Shown here: positions 54,371 through 64,000 of the stretch, in pieces
Layout of the letters: each line of letters opens with the position of its first letter
Position numbering within the stretch: the stretch's first letter is position 1
Assembly: GCA_028023455.1 (NCBI GenBank)
Contig: JAQFVV010000002.1
Location: 11,656,001 to 11,720,000 of the forward strand
Length of the DNA: 64,000 bases
From: Epiperipatus broadwayi
Taxonomy: Eukaryota > Animalia > Onychophora
Reading direction: 5' to 3'
The notes under the pieces: model-generated
Database searches by the model: none
Seen by the model: the letters and a program-made list of their open reading frames with translations, nothing else
Told to the model about the DNA's origin: nothing
Program-made: the position numbers and the translations under genes

Positions 54371-55461
54371 AATAAAGACATTTGAAAAAGATAAATGATC
54401 CTCATATATATAAATTACACATATCCAGTTCATCATGCCCAAAATCTCCAATTAAAAATCTTGCCAACTGTTGTTAAAATAATGTTATGTATAGATAGAA
54501 GACTTTAGGTGAGATGATGGGTGTGTGACATAATTTATACATATGATAGCCAGAGTAACTTTTAACATTTTTTTAGTTTAATATATATTCAAAGGTGAAA
54601 ATAAAATTAGCTAAAACAAATTAACAATGCTACTATTTATTTACCTATTAAAACACACAAATGTATAAAATTTCACACCATGAATTTAAAATATATATAC
54701 AAAAACTCACTGACTAATATTAAATTAAATCATATTTACAATATATTTACGAACACATTTTAAAATATGTTTAAATTTAAAATGAACAGAAACTATTTAT
54801 ACAAAAATAGTAAATCGTCTGTTTGTTTTTGTTGTTTTTTTTTTAAAAAAAAAGTCTACTCCTAATCTAAGAACAACTGAAGGGGGAATGTTTCAATTTA
54901 TCTATAAACGTTCTCAACCACAATTTAACAATTATAATTATTTCTATAACTTGATACAGAATTTAAATTCCCAATTATATCTGAAATAATTGAAAACTAG
55001 TTGACCTACTGAGATCACTTTGATGAATCACCAAATCTTATTAAAGGTCAAGCAATAATCTACTTAACCAATAATAATAAAGATGTTATGTTGTAACTAG
55101 ATGAGTTACTTCATAGTACATGAACCTTGACAGCAGCAGGTAAGTGGCTATAATATTTGTTAAAGTTTTATTTTACAAAGAATGTCAACATTTATTTCTG
55201 CATTATAAATTGACAAAACCCAGCTATAAATATAATTGTTTCTTCTAACTTTTAGTACCAGATTTTAACATTTGTTAAAATTTTTAATCTTCTCATGTTA
55301 TATAAATAGCTATTATTATTATTTAAGTATAATTATTTACACTAGATGAATATTTTATTAATATTTCAATAAAAATTAATACAAAACTAATAAGGCAATT
55401 TATTTCCTGAATAATGTATACATTACATTTAAAACAGTTTACAAAAAAGTAAAAGAAAAAT

Positions 55462-55815
55462 CTCGGCCTCAGGGTGGCCTTTGAGCATTCCATCATCAGA
55501 TTATCAATTGGATGGACGGTTGAAGAGTTGGAGTGTGGAGTAGATTGAAGCCTGTCCATTAAAGTATGAGGATTGGCTATCTTAATATATATCTGAGCAC
55601 TTATAGCATTAATGTGGTAATCTGGACCAACTGATGATTGCTGGTTTAGCATGATATACGTATATTGGTGATTATTTATTCTTTCAACATATATGTGTTC
55701 AAGTGTATCAGTGTTATGAGATAGTGTGGAGAGTGGTGGGTCGTGTGAAAGTCTGTGCTCATATACCCTATATATTACATACATAGACACAGGTATATAA
55801 TAAGCCTGTCTGTTT
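55462..55815 (+). mobile_element. Family A partial monomer; HHR at 55626-55669 with GAAA changed to GATA
   Basis: Highly similar to the reverse complement of 34815-35115 plus 35223-35285. Confidence 0.9.
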
Positions 55816-56091
55816 CAGGTATAATGACTTGCAAAAACTCTTTTATATACATAAATTATCTTTCCGTTTCATGTACATCTATTATTGATAATGAATGCCT
55901 TAAACTAAAAAAATCTCAAATGTTTTTTGTAACAAAGATAAGTCAAAGTTCCTTCTTAAATTAGTGACAACTATCTATTCAAAAAAATTGAAGGGAAATA
56001 AATGAAAAAAACTGCTTTGTCAAACAAATATATAATTTATATATAACTTGATCTATACTTTGGAAATGAACTAAGTTCACAATACATATAT

Positions 56092-56265
56092 TTAAACAGG
56101 CAAATCTCTCTATACGTATTGCCACTCAGTGCAAGCCAGAGTAATCAATGGATGCCAGAAGGCTTGCACTGAGTGGCAATACCTATAGAGAGTGCTACCT
56201 GTTTGAATAACAGTTATGAGCAAGCATAAGAAATTGTGATCATGTGATGTTTATTGGCTTAATAC
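56092..56265. repeat. Family D inverted partial copies
   Basis: Antisense then sense, joined at the microhomology ggcttg. Confidence 0.8.
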
Positions 56266-57499
56266 ATATATTTCCAAATCAACAAACAAAATCTCAATAC
56301 TAAAAAAAAAAAAATAGATTTATTCAAACATAAAAAAAAATTTTAAAAAGCATTTGGTTTACTACATTAAAATGGATAAATAAGAATGCATAAAAACTGT
56401 ATGAGAGCATGCAAATAGCATAATATAAATAAAACTAGAAAGTAAATACAATATAATAAAAATATATTATTAAATAACATTTCTGCTCAAATGAAATAAT
56501 TGTTATTTATCTACATTCAGATTACTGTTAAATACTAATACATGCTATCGCTATAATCTTAACTTCCTGTTTAGTAATAACTATATAGGGAAATAATCAT
56601 ACTACGTCTATATATATATTAATGTGAATTTTTAGACATTTCACATAATTTTTCACATTAATTATCATTTATTTCTATGGGCACTGTAGCCACTTTTTCT
56701 TACTGGATTTTCACGAAATACACACTTTTTTGATAAGTGTTCTTATATAAAAAGATCAATGTTTTTTTTACCTGAATAATTACTATTTCTTTTTCAATTT
56801 TTTCAAGCTGCTTTCCTGTTTTTTTTTTTAGAGTTAAATTTCAGTATTACTTTATTACTACAGACTTTACAAAACATGGCAAAGTATATGCCAATAGATT
56901 AATTTTATAAGCACATACACTTTTAATTTGAGACTATCCTAATGTTCTTTTTTCACTTTTTAAATGCCAAACATGATCCAGATTGTGACAATGTGACTTG
57001 ATTTTTTTTTCCTTCTGTAAATAATTGATCTGAAAAGCTTTAAACAATCTATATCTGCTAATAGTTCCTTCACTTAAGTACAATATTTTGAATCTGAACA
57101 AAACCATCAAATTTAATGACTCATTTCTTTTTTTATATTGTCCTAAAACACCCTATATCAAGTTTTTAATTTATTTTATAAAAGTTTTTGAAGAGCATTT
57201 GAATTGCGTGCATTTTGTTATAATGTTTTTAGCATTCAAAAATCTTTTTATTAAACAATACTTTAATTTTCTAATTTGATTAAAATTGAGAGTAAATCTA
57301 TAATAATTACATGCTAAATGATCATAAGATTTATAATATACTCAAATTCTTTTTTGCATTTATATCAACTGTTAAGACTTTAGTACTCTTTTCAATTTAT
57401 ATTTTAAAAAAACTTCCTTATAAAAAAATAACTAGATTCACTATGTTTTATAATTATATTTGCTTCATTAATTTTTTTAAGAACATTTCTTATATTCAT

Positions 57500-58700
57500 T
57501 ATTGCCTTTCCTATCATTAATTCTCCATGCAGTGATCTTTAAATTGATTTTTCATTTTGGAGATCCAAATACATTTTTATATCTCTCAAAAAGTATCTAA
57601 TAGTAGACTGAATAGAGCAATGACAATCAAAATGATTATCATATTCAGTCTGTATAATACCTCTTAATTTAAATGCTAGTTATCAACAGACTTGACATCT
57701 TATAAATTTAAAACTATACCAATTTCATCAAATGATTTAAAATACAACTTATTGGGATAGTGAAATAGAATTTGCTAGGATCTATGATTTTTGTACCCTT
57801 TGGTTTATACTACTATTATAATACTGTTTGAAAACAATATTATATAATTTTTCAAATAGTTATTCACTGAAGATTATCTTTTTCTAAACAAAATATATCT
57901 TTTATTAATTTTACTTTTTTAATATTTATGGCTTTTTTTTTTTTTCCATTTAAACATATTACTGTTTTTAATGCAATATCCTTTTCAGAATTTCATTTTA
58001 ATGTTTATAATAATGACATTTTCTTTCTTTTCTCCAGTTTCATCTTGACTTTTCACTGATTTACTTGATATCAGTATAAAAGCATTAGCTTTTCACTTAT
58101 AATCTAGTGGAATTTCTATAAAGTTCAACAAGTTTGTGGATTATTAATCAGTATCAAGTGTCATTCATTCATGCATAGTAAAAAGTAATTTAAAGTGATC
58201 GATTAACATCTTCACCCTCTCATTTCCAAATACTTAAGATTTGCCCATACATAAACATTTGGGTCAAAAAGATAGATTGATTCATCCTATATTTTGTGTT
58301 TGGAAAGTGAGAGTATTCATTTATATAGTTAAATCTACAAAGCACATGTGCATTAGCTTATTGGCTTATATAATCTCTATACTATTTTGCTCATTCTTAA
58401 TCCTACCTGAAAAATTATTTCTGATTTTATATTTATTCTTTATTACTTTTATAAATATTTATTTAATTTTTTTGTAAATATTCTCATTTTTAATAAAATA
58501 TTCTATATCTTCCTTTACTTTCTTCATTTAAATTCCCCAAATGATTCTTTTTGAAATTCAAATACTATCCAAAGCACTTTCCTTTCTGTTATTAGTAGAT
58601 TTATTCATTAATTTTGTCTTTTATTCATTTTTTTCTAACAACTGTCCATATACTTCTAGGATTTTTATTAAAATTCTTTCTAATAGAGTCTGTAAAAAAT
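57500..58700 (-). pseudogene. Very decayed LINE RT remnant
   Basis: NFNKNPRSIWTVV and LVELY-like fragments only. Confidence 0.35.
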
Positions 58701-58922
58701 GTTAAGCAAAAAAGAAAGTAGAGATGATAAAAAAATGTAAGATATCTATTATATATATAACAAAATACTTACACAGTAGTGGAATGTTAAATTATATTTA
58801 ACAAGTATGTGTGAATAATTAATAAATAATATAAGGATTAAAATGTAACAAAAAAAAAGACAGTTTTGAATAAGATCATCTGACAATCTAATTTAGTTTC
58901 TTTTTCAATCTTTATGGTTGTA

Positions 58923-59016
58923 GTCAAGCATTGGTGGCCTAGCAGTTAGCATAGCTGCCTTCCAAGCACTGGCCAGGGTTTGCTTCCCAGTCTATGCTTT
59001 GACATATATAAAAAAA
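58923..59016 (+). mobile_element. Short tRNA-Gly(TCC)-derived SINE, older copy retaining the TCC anticodon
   Basis: gcattggtggcctagcagttagcatagctgccTTCCAAgcact...gggtttgcttccc...atgctttgaca plus A tail. Confidence 0.8.
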
Positions 59017-59434
59017 CTTTTACTGCTGTATTACAGAAGCTTTTAAATAATAATAAAAAACTTTGTTTTGCTAAAGTACTTTAAAATTTAAAGAACATTC
59101 TTACATACAATTGTGAATATGTGAAAATTGAAACCAATATTCTTTTAAAATTATATATAGATGGCAGCTTTTTTAAAAGATCTAATTCTTTACAACATAA
59201 TAATTCAGACAATGCATTTATTAATCTGAAAAATATTTATAAGTTTATTACACTTATACAAATATTTTTCAAGATAAGACAATGAAGTATATTGTTTAAG
59301 TTAGATATTGTTATTTAAAAAAAATTAAAAACTGAAATAATATGTTAATAAGCCATTAATACATTTGAAGTACTTATATTTTCATTTTGATATTAGAAAA
59401 GACTGTTCCAGCTTAGAAAGTGTAATCTAATTAA

Positions 59435-59628
59435 AACAGGCAAAACTCTCCATACAGTAGTGCCACTCAGTGCCAACCAGAATAATCAATGGATGCCAGA
59501 AGGCTTGTGCATAAAATCCCCATCTAGTCCCTACTCATCCAATATCCCCAGACTAGTTTCTGGCCTGTGGCCTTCGTCAGTGAGGAGCTTTGGATCTGAC
59601 AGCATTGCATCTAGATCTTAGGATCTAA
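59435..59628 (-). mobile_element. Family D partial monomer carrying a complete hammerhead
   Basis: Links the 63952-64000 sequence, the HHR and the palindrome-arm sequence in one stretch. Confidence 0.88.
59546..59585 (-). ncRNA. Type I hammerhead, family D (GUC cleavage)
   Basis: cctca CTGACGA a ggcc-aca-ggcc a GAAA ctag TC tgggg; palindromic stem III ACTAGT. Confidence 0.9.
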
Positions 59629-60671
59629 TAAAATAAACTAGATATCATATTGTAGTCTAATAAATATATTAAAAAAAGAATATTAAAATAAAAAATGCTA
59701 AGCCAATCATAATTAAAACATTTCTTTGTAATATGGGTTTTATTTCATAATAAGTAAAAGGGGGAATAAAATAAGAAAAATGCATTTATTTACATCTGAT
59801 TTTTCATAAGATAACTATACTTTAAACTAATAAAAAGTTATGATTTCTAGAGAATATTTAACATTTCCACAATATTTTTCTCTATTTAATGCTTGCTACA
59901 GTAATATTAAGAATTTGTTGCACATGATAAAATGCAGATAAAAATGCATAGTGAAAATTGATTGTATTTTATTTATACATAATAACATTAGAATAAAAAT
60001 TTAGAAAAAAATACCACTTATTAGATAAAAGAATATAAATTAATAAAATATTTCATTCTTCATATGTCCATACAAAATAAAGATATCTCATAATTGTAGA
60101 TTCAATATTTTCAAAATATTAAGGGCATTCTTAAATGAAATTTGTGCTGCTTCAGTAGAGAGTCCTGTCTTACTTCCATATAATATTATAGCTCTTAAAC
60201 ATCTAATTTAGTTTAAATTGTTCATTGCTGCAATAGAAGATTAAAGTCTGTGCTTCACTTCCCAATCTATTTTAAAATACTATCAAAATATTTAAATTGA
60301 TCCACATAACATCCAAGACAAAAGTTGTTGAAGATATTTCTATCATCATTAATCAATAAACCAAAATTTTTTTAAAAAAAACATTAAATGTTAGAACAAA
60401 TTTTTTATATATTGCATTCAAAACATTAAGTATTTTAAGTATAATATGTATAAACAAATAATAAATTAAAAAGTAATAAAAAAATGAAATAACAAAGTAT
60501 CTTTTATTTTAAGCTATCAAAATACCAAACTTACAACTAATTAAAAATCATTATTTTCAATATTTGTAAATATATATTAAAAATACATGAAATTTGCCTT
60601 TTTTATAATCTGTACAATTAATACAATACGCTTAAACATATAAAGGCAAAATTACTAAATTCTAAATCCTA

Positions 60672-60725
60672 ATATTGGCTAAGCACTTTCAGAGCCTGTT
60701 TACACCATATTCATAGCCTTAATAT
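60672..60725 (-). ncRNA. Putative variant hammerhead, family E (A3-U8 core), 3' pseudo-LTR
   Basis: atatt aa ggct ATGAATA t ggtg-taaacagg-ctct GAAA gtgc TT agcc aatat. Confidence 0.55.
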
Positions 60726-62124
60726 GTATTAAACTCGTATGCAAATTTATGCAAAACAAATCAGACCATCCATTTTTTTGAAATTACGAAACACGTATCT
60801 TTTCTATTTATAGCATTTATATCACTAGTAATGAAGTAAACCTCCTTGATTTTTCTTTTGGCATCATTCAAATACATGATTAACTGACTTTTGATGATCA
60901 ACAAATATAGAATTGCCTTTGTTTTTGTTTAGCAATCTATTATATGCATACTTATGCTGACTGTGGCTCAAGTTTCACCATAATATATCGCACTTCATCC
61001 TGCTTTAGGGCATGCAATCTTGTATACCACCTGTATTGATTCTAAGTTTATTTTATCCTTGGTGTTATTAATTATTCTGTTAGTGTTTGGGGAGTTCTAA
61101 ATCCTATTTTAAATTCATTATGTAAATTTTTTAACAAAGTTTTTCACCATGCTAGGGATGTAAGCTAAACTTAGTTGTTTATCTTTTTTGTTGTTATTCT
61201 GGATTAGGTTTTTGTAGAAGAGCTCGATTCTATTGGCAATTGTCCTATGGTTGAATCATACTCTTATCAAATCTCTAACATAGCAAGAGATGTTTTTTTC
61301 TGTCAGCTTCAAATTTGCATAAGTGATGGTTTCGAAACAAGAATTCTGAAAGACCCACAAATTTGTGTGAAATGGGAGATATTGAAAGTGGGTGCATGTA
61401 CTCTTTTATGTGCAGAGGTTTGATTGTCATGCAGTAGTGAGTGCAGTGTGTTTTCTCTAAATTTTGAGATCCAGATAATCACATTTTGTTCATTTTCATC
61501 AGTACAGTTAAAAATCAAACCTGTGAGCATTTGTAGTTCATTTTGAATACTCATTATATTCTTCGGTGCCGCAATGAATATGTCATCAACTTATCTGGTG
61601 TAAAAATGTTCTCAGTACTAGAGCTTGGAATCTTGGAATCACCTGCTGTTCAAAATAGTTCAATACAATGCTGGATACAATTCCACTAATAGGAAGACCC
61701 ATAGGCCAACTGTCATTCATTTTGTCTTCAAATGTTGCTAGAATATTTCCATCCAGCCATTTGAAGAAATCTATAATAAAGTCTATCCAAGAAGATGGAT
61801 AATCACTATTTCTCAATTCATCCTCAATTATCCAAATGGACAGTTTGCTATTGATAGAACCATAAAGCTCTGAAATATCTACTGGTGCAATTTTAAATTC
61901 TTTATTTATTTCTACACCTTTAATGTTGTCAACAAATTCAAAAGATAATTTTATTGTGAAGGCGCCAAAACCCAAGGAGTCAATCAAATATTGATTTATC
62001 AATTTGGATGCATTAAAATAATTAACTTAAAGGCACTCCTTGTTTATAAAGTTTTGCGTTTGCAAATATTCTTGGTTGTATAGTAGCAGATGGGTATATC
62101 TTAAAATATTCAGCTCTATTAATT

Positions 62125-62348
62125 CCTTTGTTTTTATGTGAAGTATATACTCTTATTCTTCTCACATATATATTGCTTATAATAACTTCTCTCATATACA
62201 GTTTAACGCAAAAAATTTTTTTAATAAATCTTCTTTATCTTTCTGACAGTTTCGATTGTCCAGCAGTGTTCATCAGAGCATTCTCAAATTTCTTCTACCT
62301 TTTATTTTTTGACTTTATGTGCACGTAAAATTGAGGTAATAAATTTCT
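62125..62348 (-). mobile_element. 224-bp family C mini-element inserted in the PLE RT, 11-bp TSD; HHR at 62241-62280
   Basis: TSD ctctattaatt at 62114-62124 and 62349-62359; tgct CTGATGA acactgctggacaatc GAAA ctg TC. Confidence 0.82.
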
Positions 62349-63258
62349 CTCTATTAATTTAATTTTTAAATCTGTAGTCAATTCAAACTTCAATTTAGAA
62401 ATTTGCGTGAACATTTTGTCTTTATAATCCACAGAGTTCATTAACACAAATTGGTTGCCTTTATCTTCTTTCATGCACATAAATTTGTTGTCACTCATGA
62501 ACTTTTTTGTCTTATCAATCCTCAAGCTCCAATTGACCATTTCAACTTTTAAATGTTTGTTTCTGATGATTTAGTTATTTCTGCAATTACATTTTCTCTC
62601 CACAGGTTGTTAATCAATGCTGCTTCAGTGTCAGAATATTAGTTCCATTTTAGGAAATGTCCAATGTCCCCCAACAAATCTCAGCCCAAATGTCAATATT
62701 GCCTTAACTTCAGCAGATGGATCAACATTAAATAAATTGATGTAGGCTTCAGATGCAACAGCATTTGTTATATTAATATTCTGTTTTTGAGCCAAAAAGG
62801 TTAATTTATTTTCAAATTTAATGACTAACTTCTTTTCTAAGTTATCACATTTATTAATCATCCAGATCATCTTATTTATATTGGCTGTTATCCTCAGCAA
62901 ACATTTCTTCTCTTTCTTTAAAGCATTCTTGCGGTTATTTATAATCATGTCTAACAATTTTACCTGCAAACTTTGTGTAGTTTTATTGCCATTATAAACT
63001 GATTTTTTAATTTTGAGTCTACAACAATACGGCACTATGTTGAATTGCTTACAACTTCTATAAAAGTGAAGATGTTGCTGGAATGTATGGATGGACTTGT
63101 CTATTCATAATAAATATTGGACATTAACAATTTGATTCATTCTAATGTAATAATAAATATGTTTCACCAGTTCTTGGTAATTAATACAATATGCTTAAAC
63201 GTATAAAGGTGGAATTGCTTAAACATATAAAAATGAAATTACTAAATTCTAAATCTTA

Positions 63259-63310
63259 ATATTGGCTAAGCACTTTCAGAGCCTGTTTACTCCTTATTCA
63301 TAGCCTTAAT
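63259..63310 (-). ncRNA. Putative variant hammerhead, family E (A3-U8 core), 5' pseudo-LTR
   Basis: att aa ggct ATGAATA a ggag-taaacagg-ctct GAAA gtgc TT agcc aat. Confidence 0.62.
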
Positions 63311-63554
63311 GTATATTAAACTCATTTTATACAAATTTATGCAAAACAAATCAGACCATCAATTTTTTTGAAATTGCAAAACCTGTATCTTTTCTATTTA
63401 TAGCATTTATGTCACTAGCAATGAAGTAAGCCCCCTTTCTCTCAGTACACACTATCTCAGCCCTGGAGGGTTCAAATACATCATTAACTGCCTTTTGATG
63501 ATAAAAAAATATAGAATTGCCTTTGTTTTTGTTTAACAATCTATTATATGCATA

Positions 63555-64000
63555 ACCACTAAACATCACATGATCATCTCTTATGCTAGCACATGTTATT
63601 AAACAGGCAAAACTCTCCATACAGTAGTGCCACCCTGTTCCAACCAGAACAATCAATGGTTGCCAGAAGGTTTGTGTATAAAGTTTTGCCTGTTTAATAA
63701 CAATTATGTGCTAGCATAAGAGATGGTGATCATGTGATGTTTAGTGGTTTAACACCAATCCTGCCTAATAGGATAATGGTGGCTATGGTTGTTAAAGAGC
63801 CAAAAACAAAATGTATGAATGCTGAACTGAGTTCAAATCCATATGACTATATAAGCTATTGAGCTTAGATTGGAAATATTATTGTGTTTTCCAATTTCAT
63901 TCTCATAGTTTTGTAGTTAAGTAAAGATAAAAGGTGGCTTCTGGAGGGTTACATTAGATCCTAAGATCTAGGTGCAGTGCTCTCAGATCCAAGGTTCCTC
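63555..64000 (+). mobile_element. Family D: inverted segment, then sense monomer with tRNA-like A/B boxes, running off the window just before the HHR
   Basis: Palindrome 63555-63750; ggtggctatggttg (63777) and gagttcaaatcc (63828); 63952-64000 is the reverse complement of 59582-59628. Confidence 0.82.

Larger units (their letters stand above)
60616..63554 (-). mobile_element. Penelope-like element, full architecture with direct pseudo-LTRs (60616-60950 and 63179-63554), ORF decayed
   Basis: KEDKGNQFVLMNSVDY, PRIFANAKLYKQGVPL, DISELYGSI, PMGLPISGIVS and R*VDDIFI (RT); VVYKIAC...YYGET (GIY-YIG, about 60970-61040); both LTRs contain the endonuclease 3' end. Confidence 0.9.

Noticed and set aside
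38992-59016. Functional tRNA genes
   Set aside because: All five tRNA-like copies have A tails, TSDs, or stem-disrupting indels; classed as SINEs.

Overview
Very AT-rich, CpG-depleted eukaryotic (probably invertebrate animal) DNA. No host protein-coding gene could be supported; the window is mostly transposable-element relics. These include Penelope-like elements (PLEs; RT plus GIY-YIG), two L1/Tx1-type LINEs, one nearly intact and several decayed RTE LINEs, CR1-type remnants, a short tRNA-Gly-derived SINE, hAT-type and other MITEs, and microsatellites. The main signal is a dense set of minimal type I hammerhead ribozymes (HHRs): 15 full-length motifs plus degenerate or half copies, in five unrelated families. 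Families A, B, C and D sit in small non-coding repeats (about 473, 352-368, 224 and about 450 bp). They insert as circularly permuted, greater-than-unit-length or inverted copies with target-site duplications, as expected of PLE-mobilised retrozymes. Family E lies in the pseudo-LTRs of PLEs and has non-canonical cores in which C3-G8 is replaced by A3-U8 or U3-A8. All folds were read by eye and none has been tested for activity.
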